NCBI GenBank assembly: GCA_030141605.1
Contig: JAQGDQ010001424.1
Location: forward strand, 1-41,772
Direction of reading: 5' to 3'
Source of the DNA: Tubiluchus corallicola
Lineage: Eukaryota > Animalia > Priapulida
DNA: 41,772 nt
The first letter of the stretch is position 1. Each line of letters starts with the position of its first letter. Of this stretch, positions 25,932-39,585 are shown piece by piece. The translations under genes were made by a program, and so were the position numbers. The notes beneath the pieces were generated by a model, which did no database searches, had not been told where the DNA came from, and saw only the letters and a list, made by a program, of their open reading frames with translations.

Positions 25932-26889
25932 AAATTAAGAGGTTCGAATTAATTATGCTAAGAATCAAAATTAAGAGGTGCGAATTAATTATGCTAAGAA
26001 TTAAAATTAAGAGGTTCGAATTAATTATGCTAAGAATCAAAATTAAGAGGTTCGAATTAATTATGCTAAGAATTAAAATTAAGAGGTTCGAATTAATTAT
26101 GCTAAGAATCAAAATTAAGAGGTTCGAATTAATTATGCTAAGAATTAAAATTAAGAGGTTCGAATTAATTATGCTAAGAATCAAAATTAAGAGGTTCGAA
26201 TTAATTATGCTAAGAATTAAAATTAAGAGGTTCGAATTAATTATGCTAAGAATCAAAATTAAGAGGTTCGAATTAATTATGCTAAGAATCAAAATTAAGA
26301 GGTTCGAATTAATTATGCTAAGAATTAAAATTAAGAGGTTCGAATTAATTATGCTAAGAATCAAAATTAAGAGGTTCGAATTAATTATGCTAAGAATTAA
26401 AATTAAGAGGTTCGAATTAATTATGCTAAGAATTAAAATTAAGAGGTTCGAATTAATTATGCTAAGAATCAAAATTAAGAGGTTCGAATTAATTATGCTA
26501 AGAATCAAAATTAAGAGGTTCGAATTAATTATGCTAAGAATTAAAATTAAGGGGTTCGAATTAATTATGCTAAGAATCAAAATTAAGAGGTACGAATTAA
26601 TTATGCTAAGAATCAAAATTAAGAGGTACGAATTAATTATGCTAAGAATTAAAATTAAGAGGTTCGAATTAATTATGCTAAGAATCAAAATTAAGAGGTT
26701 CGAATTAATTATGCTAAGAATTAAAATTAAGAGGTACGAATTAATTATGCTAAGAATTAAAATTAAGAGGTTCGAATTAATTATGCTAAGAATCAAAATT
26801 AAGAGGTTCGAATTAATTATGCTAAGAATTAAAATTAAGAGGTTCGAATTAATTATGCTAAGAATCAAAATTAAGAGGTTCGAATTAAT
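25932..26889. repeat. 36-bp minisatellite (AAATTAAGAGGTTCGAATTAATTATGCTAAGAATYA), ~26.5 copies
   Basis: Highly homogeneous 36-bp period; source of the 341-aa and 346-aa ORFs. Confidence 0.98.
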
Positions 26890-27077
26890 TTTTCTAACAA
26901 TTAAAGTATTCACCGTCATACATATATGCAGATGTGTTTGTTATAATTATGGTATTTTTAATCAACTTTGCTTAAAAAGAGCCTTGTATTTGTAGGGACG
27001 TGTTCCTGTATGCGTTGCTTATTTAAGTGTGTGATTTGTTAATCGTACTTATCTTCATGTTTTGTAAAATAAAGCGT

Positions 27078-27247
27078 TTATTACTATTACTATTATTATT
27101 ATATTGTTATTGTTATTGTTATTGTTATTGTTATTGTTATTGTTATTGTTATTGTTATTGTTATTGTTATTGTTATTGTTATTGTTATTGTTATTGTTAT
27201 TGTTATTGTTATTGTTATTGTTATTGTTATTGTTATTGTTATTGTTA

Positions 27248-27299
<52 letters not shown>

Positions 27300-27355
27300 T
27301 GTTGTTGTTGTCGTCGTCGTCGTCGTCATCATCATCATCATCATCATCATTATTA
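27078..27355. repeat. Compound microsatellite (TTA)/(TTATTG)/(TTG)/(TCG)/(TCA)
   Basis: Direct observation. Confidence 0.97.
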
Positions 27356-27528
27356 TGTGTTTTAATCATGTGTAAATGAGAGCAAGGTGAGCAATGAAAA
27401 ACACTGTCCAGGTATTTACAATTGAACGTTTTATACCATACACATGTACAGTACATGCTATAAAATATACATATGCCTATTATACCCGCAGATCTATTAT
27501 AGTTAGAGGCTGAAGCTGAGTCAGTTGC

Positions 27529-28210
27529 TAAAGAGTTGTTGCGTGCCACCTTGCATAAGCTTAAAGAGTTGTTGCATGCCACCTCGCATAAGTTTAAGGA
27601 ATTGTTGCGTGCCACTTTGCATAAGCTTAAAGAGATGTTGCATGCCACCTTGCATAAGCTTAAAGAATTGTTGCATGCCACCTTGCATAAGTTTAAAGAG
27701 TTTTTGCGTGCCACCTTGCATAAGCTTAAAGAATTGTTGCATACCACCTTGCATAAGTTTAAAGAATTGTTGCATGCCACCTTGCATAAGCTTAAAGAAT
27801 TGTTGAATGCCACCTTGCATAAGTTTAAAGAATTGTTGCGTGCCACCTTGCATAAGCTTAAAGAATTGTTGCAAGCCACCTTGCATAAGTTTAAAGAGCT
27901 GTTGCATGCCACCTTGCATATGCTTAAAGAGTTGTTGCGTACCACCTTGAACAAGCTTAAAGAATTGTTGCGTGCCATCTAGCATAAGCTTAAAGAATTG
28001 TTGCGTGCCACCTTGCACAAGCTTAAAGAATTGTTGCGTGCCACCTTGCATAAGCTTAAAGAATTGTTGCGTGCCACCTTGCATAAGCTTAAAGAATTGT
28101 TGCGTGCCACCTTGCATAAGCTTAAAGAATTGTTGCGTGCCACCTTGCATAAGCTTAAAGAATTGTTGCGTGCCAGCTTGCATAAGCTTAAAGAATTGAT
28201 GGTTGCCACC
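27529..28210. repeat. 33-bp minisatellite (AAGAATTGTTGCGTGCCACCTTGCATAAGCTTA), ~20 copies
   Basis: Clear 33-bp period, open in several frames on both strands. Confidence 0.97.
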
Positions 28211-29080
28211 TCCATACGCGTGCGACCAGTTGCAAATAGTTTGAAAATGTGAAAAAAACATTAGGAACGCAAGTACTTCAACAACACCTGTACAATATAC
28301 AAAACCTGAAAACAGGAAGTTTCCTAGAGTAGTAATTAAGTGGTTTACGACATTGTGGGAAAGTAAGCTGTTCGTTCTGGTGAACTATAATAATAAAATG
28401 CAAAATGGAGAAGGGAGTAACAAGTAAAATGAGCAGACGACGAGGCTACAGGTAATCTGTGATTATTATGAATGTTTTCTCAGATTTATAACTGTTGCTA
28501 TAAAAATACTACACGCGTGTTATGGTGTTAATGCATTCCGCTGACAATTCAAAAGTCGCTGTTTCCTTCAACCTCGTAGTTGCAGCTTCCAGTGAATCAC
28601 CTAAACTGCCAGGTGTGTTGTGTTAATCAGCAAAGAATTGAAAATCCGGTTTTCCAGCAAGCAACGTATTGTAACGAATCCGGGTTCCATTCCAGGCGGC
28701 AATTTCGGATCCCACTTATGTGCACCAGTGTAACGGATCCGGGTTCCTGCGCGGATCCGTCTCAGGATGTATAGAGCGGCATACAAGTTATGAAATACTT
28801 TACAGCAGACGAGAAAAGTAAAAAGAATACGAATGTAAAATAAACTTTAATGCACAACCAGTAGCTCCATGACATGTGAACAGAGTTTTGTATAAAAATC
28901 AGCAAACGTACAGCATTCACCTTTACATGTTGGAATCGTCAAATTACCGCAGGCATTCTGTTGTATACAGGTACATTTGCATTACTGGGCTTCTCGACCA
29001 TACCCATTACTAACATTAGGGGGTTGGTCAAAATCTGCCTTCGTAACAGTATTTTACTTTAAGCTGGCAACAAACACAAA

Positions 29081-29273
29081 TTGTTGCAATTGTCATTGTT
29101 ACAATTGTCATTGTTGCAATTGTGATTGTTGCAATTGTGATTGTTGCAATTGTGATTGTTGCAATTGTGATTGTTGCAATTGCCATTGTTGCAATTGTCA
29201 TTGTTACAATTGTGATTGTTGCAATTGTGATTGTTGCAATTGTGATTGTTGCAATTGCCATTGTTGCAATTGT
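29081..29273. repeat. 15-bp minisatellite (TTGTTGCAATTGTGA), ~13 copies
   Basis: Direct observation; units carry the palindromes TTGCAA and CAATTG. Confidence 0.96.
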
Positions 29274-31030
29274 CGGCTATCAACAGACTAAATAGTTAAT
29301 GAAGCCAAAATGACCTGCAGTGGGTTTCATTATACCTGCATGGCCTACAATGGTGTTGTTTGCGATTACCCTCAAGCTTTGTTTTCCTTGAATACAGTAT
29401 AGCTGGTTATGTATATAATGAAGCCCGGTTGTTCTGCAGCAGCTCGCTCAGGTTGTGTATGATGAAGCCATGTGCGGGTTGTTCAGTTTGCCAAAGCCAG
29501 GTTGAGCCATAATGAAGCCGGCGTGCAAATACCTGCATCATTCATGAGCGCTTATTGTGATATTTCCTGGAGCGTGTGGGTTCACGGTTGATTGGATCAA
29601 TCTGCCAAACTAATTTAACACCTAATTAAATCAGTATGGTAACATTGGCGACAGCAACAATGTTCTATGACAAATATGAAACCTTTGACAAACGTCCCCG
29701 AATCCTGCCTCCATGCAGTAATTAAGAAATGAGATTATTTCAGAAGAAAAGTCCCTCATGTGTGCATATAACTAACTACACGAAGGCATTGACGAGCGCG
29801 CGATTGATTTAACCTAAAAATTTGAGAAAATAATGTAAGTTCGGTCAATTCTTCAGCAATTCCGTGACCATGGAAAGCAATGGTTCGTTTCTCAATTGAT
29901 TTGGCTTCCATAAAGCTAAACAAGAAATTAGCCTCCGCGAAAAAAGCAGGCTAAATTTGTTAGAGCCCAGAGTTCAATACGGCAGCTGTAGAATTATGAC
30001 AAATATTACAAAATAAACCTAGCATTCTGCATAGGGACATCATATTGACGTAAAACAACATATTTTTTACATAATCATTCCCATTTTCCTACTATATATA
30101 GCTAGGGGTGACCATACTTATCCGAATTTGAATGTTGTAACATTGGTACGTTTAGAGCATTTGTTAGTGCACCGTTTTTTTACACATCCTGTACAAAAGA
30201 CAACCAAAACTAAGAGTTTCAAAGAAACGAAACAACCAGTTTTCAAACTGATTTTTAAATAGCTAAAAAATTCCCGAATTAGGCAATTAAATACGGGAGA
30301 AAATGTCGTGCTTTTCCTAAACTTGCTTCATATTGTAGACCTGCAAATACTCTTTACTCACATCGGGATGTAATCCCTTTGGCAACGTTTACAAAATCAG
30401 CGATCAAATCAACAGTCTTGCTCTCTGCCGCCGCAATGATTCAGCCCAGTAAATTCAACGACAAAATTGATTTTGCTCAATCACCGATAGTAAAAGGTTT
30501 TATTAATACGAAGTGTCAGTATATTGCAAACTAAATAGCAATTCGGTTTATTGAAAAATTTTCGCGGATGGCGCGAGGTCTGCGCTATTTCATTGACAAG
30601 TTGGCAATTTACATGATAGAGCAGACCTAGATGTCCTTGTCGATGGGGTGGCAGCTGTATGTGAATGACACACAGCTTCCATGCCACGTATATGAGGGGC
30701 CAGGAGCACTCAATACTCAAACATCGTACAAGACTTGTGTATCGTGAAGAGGCAGCCTACGAGGTTGGTCCAATATTACATTGTAGATCCACACCTTAAC
30801 TGAACATAGTGTACAAAAAAAAGTAAAAGTAAAAAATGCTTCAATTTCTATTTTAACTGAAACAACTTGACTACACTTGTTAAGCATCTAAGCTGTTTCA
30901 GTAGGAATCAGTACAGTATAAATGGCGCGCCTGATATACTTAATTAGCGGCGCTGCTCACACTTAACCTAATTAAATAACATTTAATTTTAACCTATTCA
31001 AAATGGTTTGAGCTGGAAAGTTATTGATTA

Positions 31031-31345
<315 letters not shown>

Positions 31346-31659
31346 GATCGATTGATTCGTTGACTACTTTTATTTCAGAACAAGGTCCATATTACATCAG
31401 CATACAAATCACAATTAACAATCAACTATTACACAATAAGTCAACACAGCAATAGTCGGTTAATAGCATCTCACAAATAATTAATTAATTATTTACAACA
31501 TTTACAATTTGGCTTTATTATTACAGCGAGCAATAGACGTTTTGTACTACTTCAATCTTACAAAATTATATTTCGCATTTTAATCAATCTGAAGTCATGC
31601 TTTTCTTAAAGTTGGACAAAATCCATTGCACGTTATGTGATAGGTGGGTATGATACTTC

Positions 31660-32060
<401 letters not shown>

Positions 32061-32916
32061 GATACTTCCAAACCATGCAAACAATACGGAGACAGAAATC
32101 TAGACAATTGTTAATATAGATGTTGCAGTAAAGTGAGTTGTTGACCCTCTAGCCAAAATATCTGCATGTTTAAGCTCAGACTTGTGAACACAACTGGAGC
32201 CTAAAAATGTTTTGTTACAGTAAATTTAATTTATTATTATAGTCATACTCGAATCGTGAACGATTTTTGAAATGAAGTTCAGTGAATCGCGTGTGATACT
32301 CGTTCGACATTGATGAAGGTCTCGAAACTATATTAATTGACGTGAACGGTAAAACTGAATTTAAAATTAATGACTAATAAACTGAGTAAAGTGTAAAATT
32401 CTGTTTTAAAATATCAGCAGTCATATCAATTAATAACTGCGGCATGCAATCGATTCGTTAATTATAGTTAGCAGTGGGACCAATGTTGATTGTACCTAAA
32501 GCAAATTACTTATCAATAATTTGCAATACAAATTTAATTTATAAATTGAATCAAACGTGCTATTCCCTTGGCATAAGTGTATTCAGTGGCATGCCTGCAT
32601 TCGAGTGTCCTCTCAGCTGCTGAATTTAATCATTAATCCCCATGCACGATGCTTCATTATTACTCTATGCAGTTTGATAAGCTCGTCACTCTTAAACTTA
32701 AATATATCAGCAAGAAACCAGAAAGTCGCCTTGGTTAATCTGGGATTTAATTTCATGATTGATGAATCTTATAAAGGACTGCATGGTTCTCCAGTGAATG
32801 ATTTATGAACGTTTATGAACGTCCGCTAGGCGGCACTCGCGTCCCGTGTGTCAAGCCGGTAATAAATCGTTGAAATTCTTGACATATTTCTGATATTGTC
32901 ACGAAGTATTTGATAT

Positions 32917-34975
32917 GGTAAGATAGAGTACAGTCATGCGTGTGAGTTTTAGTATGCTGCTGTAGAAATAACTACTCAAAAAATCATAAGATGGAGTACA
33001 GTCATGTGTGTGAGTTTTAGTATGCTTCTGTAGAAATAACTACTCAAAAAATCATAAGATGGCGTACAGTCATGCGTGTGAGTTTTAGTATGCTTCTGTA
33101 GAAATAACTACTCAAAAAATCATAAGATGGAGTACAGTCATGTGTGTGAGTTTTAGTATGCTTCTGTAGAAATAACTACTCAAAAAATCATAAGATGGAG
33201 TACAGTCATGTGTGTGAGTTTTAGTATGCTTCTGTAGAAATAACTACTCAAAAAATCATAAGATGGAGTACAGTCATGTGTGTGAGTTTTAGTATGCTTC
33301 TGTAGAAATAACTACTCAAAAAATCATAAGATGGAGTACAGTCATGAGTGTGAGTTTTAGTATGCTTCTGTAGAAATAACTACTCAAAAAATCATAAGAT
33401 GGAGTACAGTCATGCGTGTGAGTTTTAGTATGCTTCTGTAGAAATAACTACTCAAAAAATCATAAGATGGAGTACAGTCATGTGTGTGAGTTTTAGTATG
33501 CTTCTGTAGAAATAACTACTCAAAAAATCATAAGATGGAGTACAGTCATGTGTGTGAGTTTTAGTATGCTTCTGTAGAAATAACTACTCAAAAAATCATA
33601 AGATGGAGTACAGTCATGCGTGTGAGTTTTAGTATGCTTCTGTAGAAATAACTACTCAAAAAATCATAAGATGGAGTACAGTCATGTAAAAAATACCAAA
33701 TAACACAGTGTTAGTTTTAGTATGCTTCTGTAGAAATAACTACTCAAAAAATCATAAGATGGAGTACAGTCATGTGTGTGAGTTTTAGTATGCTTCTGTA
33801 GAAATAACTACTCAAAAAATCATAAGATGAAGTACAGTCATGTGTGTGAGTTCTAGTATGCTTCTGTAGAAATAACTACTCAAAAAATCATAAGATGGAG
33901 TACAGTCATGTGTGTGAATTTTAGTATGCTTCTGCAGAAATAACTACTCAAAAAATCATAAGATGAAGTACAGTCACGTGTGTGAGTTTTAGTATGCTTC
34001 TGTAGAAATAACTACTCAAAAAATCATAAGATGGAGTACAGTCATGTCTGTGAGTTTTAGTATGCTTCTGTAGAAATAACTACTCAAAACATCATAAGAT
34101 GGAGTACAGTCATGTGTGTTAGTTTTAGTATGCTTCTGTAGAAATAACTACTCAAAAAATCATAAGATGGCGTACAGTCATGAGTGTGAGTTTTAGTATG
34201 CTTCTGTAGAAATAACTACTCAAAAAATCATAAGATGAAGTACAGTCATGTGTGTGAGTTCTAGTATGCTTCTGTAGAAATAACTACTCAAAAAATCATA
34301 AGATGGAGTACAGTCATGTGTGTGAATTTTAGTATGCTTCTGCAGAAATAACTACTCAAAAAATCATAAGATGAAGTACAGTCATGTGTGTGAGTTTTAG
34401 TATGCTTCTGTAGAAATAACTACTCAAAAAATCATAAGATGGAGTACAGTCATGTGTGTGAGTTTTAGTATGCTTCTGTAGAAATAACTACTCAAAAAAT
34501 CATAAGATGGAGTACAGTCATGTGTGTGAGTTTTAGTATGCTTCTGTAGAAATAACTACTCAAAAAATCATAAGATGGCGTACAGTCATGAGTGTGAGTT
34601 TTAGTATGCTTCTGTAGAAATAACTACTCAAAAAATCATAAGATGAAGTACAGTCATGTGTGTGAGTTCTAGTATGCTTCTGTAGAAATAACTACTCAAA
34701 AAATCATAAGATGGAGTACAGTCATGTGTGTGAATTTTAGTATGCTTCTGCAGAAATAACTACTCAAAAAATCATAAGATGAAGTACAGTCACGTGTGTG
34801 AGTTTTAGTATGCTTCTGTAGAAATAACTACTCAAAAAATCATAAGATGAAGTACAGTCACGTGTGTGAGTTTTAGTATGCTTCTGTAGAAATAACTCCT
34901 CAAAAATCATAAGATGAAGTACAGTCATGAGTGTTGGTTTTAGTATGCTTCTGTAGAAATAACTACTCAAAAAAA
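32917..34975. repeat. 68-bp satellite, ~30 copies, with a 408-bp higher-order repeat
   Basis: Unit GAGTACAGTCATGTGTGTGAGTTTTAGTATGCTTCTGTAGAAATAACTACTCAAAAAATCATAAGATG. Confidence 0.98.
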
Positions 34976-35659
34976 GTTTGGAAAAAAACAAGATCATCAC
35001 GATGCTGCCGAAATTTTAGCCAAATTACCAGAAAAAAATCACTTGAGAAAAACCATCTGGATTAACTTGGTCAACTTTTCGTAATATGAAGAAAAGATTA
35101 ATAAATATCTAAGAAATGTAATGGTGACTACGACATTTATGGATTCATAGCGCCACACAGCGATGTGGGTTCACAACGATTTCTAGTGCTATTTACCAAC
35201 AAATGACAAGATATTTAAGAAAGTTTGTTTTTAATCGCTCTATTATAAAACTCACACCTAGCGGTGGCGGTATTCCAACAATTCTGTAATAATCGTGTCA
35301 CATGCCACGTTTTCCATTGTACACTAATTGAAAAACTATTACAGAGCAATTAAAAAATTGCCACTTTTAATATTAACAAATCAGCGCAAATAACTTGCAT
35401 TGAATTTGCAGCAGAAGCAAAGACAGGGTAAACTGACGAACCAACATAGGTGCATAATCTACACAAATTAAGTGTATTTCTTAATTAGTTATGTTATATA
35501 TTATTATTATTATTATCTTTATTATATTATTAGTTATGTTATAAGGGTGATATTTGAAGTCGCCATGCAGCGTAAAAACTCTTTAAATCGCTAATGTATC
35601 ACAATTACAGAGACCTAGAGGCTAAGGTGTACAATTTCCTTACAGCTAAACCGTCTGAT

Positions 35660-35850
35660 TATTAACGTAGAAACTTGATATCACAATAATGCTAAGCTAG
35701 ATGAATTCTATTGTCAGCAGAAATTAGAGTTTTCCATCAAGATGCAGGTATCCCGAAGGCAGGTGACGTAACAATACTATACATCAGGCCCCGATTGTCT
35801 GGCATTTTGAAAAAGAATCCATTCTCAAGAACCCTTCGTTATTCTCTTCT
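35660..35850 (+). mobile_element. Possible ancient CR1-group LINE remnant
   Basis: Fragments KLDITI..AKL, PIVWHF and RTLRY occur in the expected order (cf. KLLGITID.KL, YCPIVWHFC, ERALR), with many frameshifts. Confidence 0.35.
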
Positions 35851-37453
35851 TTATAAGCCCTATACCGCCATTATTACGTAGATGCCCTATAGATGCCCGT
35901 TTATTAGACGATAACCTAGACTTGTTGGAAGCCACTGACGTTTTGGATCAATGATTAGATGATTTACATTCAGCTTGCGCTTTTCTCTGTGTACAATGGA
36001 TTGTGTGTCCAACTTGTTCCTCTATCTTCCACTCAGAGTTAACCCAGAATACGTGAAACCCACTTAAGTTAATATGCGGGGGGGGGGGGCTTGCGAAACT
36101 GGATTCAAATCGCATCCAACTTTAGACGCCTCTTCAGATGTCGTGTTAAATCTGCCGGAAGGACGGAAGCACTTTAAACACATTGAAATGTAAAAAAAAC
36201 ATTATAGGGAAATTTGAGCAACACTTGTTGGATAACAATTTGTGAAATGGATTTTCAGTTCCGCCTTAAAAGCAAAAACGTTGAAAATCAGTTTCAGTAG
36301 GATGTCTCTCAATAAGCTGTGCTTGGGCGCAATATTATATAGCTCAGAAATGAGCCATTATAGCTATAGCTAGCTTCTCCACTAGTTAAGAAACGTCTTG
36401 GAAGCTGCTCGTCTACGCTGACGTACGAAGTTAAACTCAGCAATTTCAATTCAAGTCAATTCAATTTTAATTTATTTATCTCTTTATAATGCTACAATAA
36501 AACATGTTTAATAAAAGAATCTCTAATGAGTTTTGAAGAACGGTTAAAATGCACAGATAGATCTAGAACTAGAGAAAAGATAGCGAAAAGACTATAAAGT
36601 CACCTAGTCTGCTATCCTTTACCGAATATAGATAAAATGATTTTTAGACACTGGTGGGCATTAATGTTATCAGTTTAATTTAGGAAACATTAGTAATTTT
36701 TAAAATTATGACATTTTCTATATAATCCAGAGAAAAGAAAATACACGTAGTTTAATTAGCGGGCAACAAAATAAGGCCAATCTTGATTAAACTAAAAATT
36801 GCATTGGGATTTTATGTGAAATACAGGTCAAAATTGTTATGAAATGATAAAAACACTTTGAGTTAATAATGCAATTAATCAACAACAGGAGCTAAATACA
36901 TTTTGATTTGAGTTCAATTTCATTATTTCTAGGCTTATTGATTAAGAACAAATCTACTGACTTGGACAATAATACAAAATAATATAATTCTCAATCCTGG
37001 TAATCCTGAAAGCCAATAATTTGTTATTGGAATAGTTGTGGGAAGTGTTACGTAATTTAGGACCTGTTTTAATTGACTTATTGTGAGATACTTGAGAGCA
37101 AAGAAGTGAATCGTATCTCAGAGCAGACTTTCAATTTTTCACGTTTTCTAAAGTAATGCTGTATAAAAATGATCATTTCACACATGCAATTCTATTCTGC
37201 AACTTACACCTAGAAGATTCAACTTGAAAATGAAAAATCTTATTCACAAGTATCAGTCACAAGTTTCGTGATGATTATACTTTTAAAATCTTATTACGGA
37301 CGAATCTCTATCTCCTGGACGATAAAAAACCCAATTGTTATTTACAATAAGACAAAAAATACAATTCGTGATACCTGGTGTAGGCACAATAGGTCTGTCT
37401 TGTGAGCAAAGAAATCTAATCCAAAGAAAAACTCTCCCAAAAGGCTTTTTAGC

Positions 37454-37455
<2 letters not shown>

Positions 37456-37526
<71 letters not shown>

Positions 37527-38330
37527 CTTGTACATTTAATCGTAGTACTAATTATAATATAATATGATATGATATGATATGATATGATATGATATGATAT
37601 GATATGATATGATATGATATGATATGATATGATATGATATGATATGATATGATATGATATGATATGATATGATATGATATGATATGATATGATATGATAT
37701 GATATATGATGTGATGTGACGTGACGTGACGTGACGTGACGTGACGTGACGTGACGTGACGTGACGTGACATGACGTGACATGACATGACATGAGATGAC
37801 ATGCATGACATAACATAACATAATATAATATAGTATGGTATGGTACGGTACGGTATGGTACAATACTATACTATACTATACAATACAATACAATACTATA
37901 CTATACTATACTATACTATACTATACTATACTATACTATACTATACTATACTATACTATACTATACTATACTATACTATACTATACTATACTATACAATA
38001 CTATACCATGCCATGCCATGCCATGCCATGCCATGCCATGCCATGCCATGCCATGCCATGCCATGCCATGCCATGCCATGCCATGCCATGCCATGCCATG
38101 CAATGCAATGCAATGCAATGCAATGCAATGCAATGCAATGCAATGCAATGCAATGCAATGCAATGCAATGCAATGCAATGCAATGCAATGCAATGCAATG
38201 CAATACAATGCAATACAATACAATACAATACAATACAATACAATACAATACAATACAATACAATACAATACAATACAATACAATACAATACAATACAATA
38301 CAATACAATACAATACAATATAATATAATA
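37456..38330. repeat. (CA)n followed by a ~780-bp compound pentanucleotide microsatellite
   Basis: Blocks of ATGAT, GTGAC, ATGAC, ATAAC, GGTAT, ACTAT, CCATG, CAATG and CAATA. Confidence 0.97.
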
Positions 38331-38373
38331 TACTAGCAATATATATATAGCAAGCATACAAAGAGTTTAAGAG

Positions 38374-39226
38374 TTTACTTTCAGATATAACTATGGAAAG
38401 AAAAATTCCTCACTGAAAATTATAAATAATTACATTCTTAGGGTAAAAATAATTAATTTTTTTGATGTTATCATCTATTATATATATATATATATAATGG
38501 ATAATAACATCAAAAAAATTGATCCTCTAAAATGGCTGTCACATTAATTAGAGTCTGCACTTCTGTTTATACCGTCAGGAAGTCGGGATTCACTGGGAGA
38601 ATTCAATGAGAACCCTAAACAATTTAAGAACCCAGACTGGCTACTGAAATTTTTATATCGTTGAAAACGTTTTCTGATCTCTTTCACTATTAAATAAATT
38701 TTTCATCTCAGGTGAAGAGCCTGCATAATGGCAATAGAGCCTACTCTACGTTATTCTTGCGTGTTTATCCACAATTCACACTCAATCATGTTAACAACTA
38801 TCTGCCCACATTAGATGCTTGAATATGTTCATCTCATGAAGAGGTGTGCTCTTAACGAGCAATTTTGATCAATACATCGGCAACTATTTCGTAACGAGAT
38901 GGACAGCTGTGTATATATACAGATAGCATGAAACCCGTTGAAACCGTGAGGTGGGCTTGAAACATAAATGTTCATCGTTATCCTCAAGGGTTTTTCTTAT
39001 TCACAGCTGTTAATGGAAGTGAATGCCTTTATAATCAAGGTTAGGACAATTTCGTCGTACTAAACAGCAAGCAACTAAAGATGCATGAATGATTATCACC
39101 ATTACTCCTGGGAAACTTGAAGTCTATTCTGAACTAGCTCACAATGAGACTTTTATCCTAAAAAACGTAATTATTTATAATTTTCAGTGAGGACTTTTTC
39201 TATCCATAGTTATAACTGAAAGTAAA
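38374..39226. repeat. ~75-bp inverted repeats enclosing ~700 bp (possible MITE or foldback)
   Basis: 38374-38448 (TTTACTTTCAGATATAACTATGGAAAGAAAAATTCCTCACTGAAAATTATAAATAATTAC...) is the reverse complement of 39151-39226 with few mismatches. Confidence 0.85.
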
Positions 39227-39267
39227 TCAGTTAAAATACACGTTCAGGTTACACGTACACGTACGCG

Positions 39268-39306
<39 letters not shown>

Positions 39307-39396
39307 TCTTGTACATTTAATCGTAGTACTAATGTGTGTATAATATAATATATGTTATCTATAATATAATATAATATAATATACACACGTACGTAC

Positions 39397-39433
39397 GTAT
39401 GTATGTATGTATGTATGTATGTATGTATGTATG

Positions 39434-39467
<34 letters not shown>

Positions 39468-39585
39468 TGTATGTATGTATGTATGTATGTATGTATGTAT
39501 GTATGTATGTATGTATGTATGTATGTATGTATGTATGTATGTATGTATGTATGTATGTATGTATGTATGTATGTATGTATGTATA
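39397..39585. repeat. (TATG)n microsatellite
   Basis: Direct observation. Confidence 0.97.

Noticed and set aside
25894-26995. 341-aa and 346-aa ORFs
   Set aside because: Translations of a 36-bp satellite that happens to be stop-free on both strands.
27055-28261. LRR-like, coiled-coil-like or Cys-rich ORFs (KLKELLRATLH, NNSLSLCKVAR, QQFFKLMQGG)
   Set aside because: A 33-bp minisatellite open in many frames, with no splice or flanking coding support and no fit to the LRR consensus.
28977-29291. Metallothionein-like NCDCC ORF
   Set aside because: Artefact of a 15-bp tandem repeat; no ATG-initiated gene structure.
30103-30392. TAGGGGTGACCATA as a hAT-Blackjack-like terminus
   Set aside because: The matching right TIR is only vaguely suggested and there is no TSD; too degraded to call.
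32310-32330. TTGATGAAGGTCTCGAAAC as a Penelope-type hammerhead
   Set aside because: C3 is missing, stem II does not close, and no cleavage-site helix was found.
32917-34975. CRISPR array (also considered for the 26-, 33- and 36-bp arrays)
   Set aside because: Head-to-tail units with no unique spacers, no cas genes, and a eukaryotic context.
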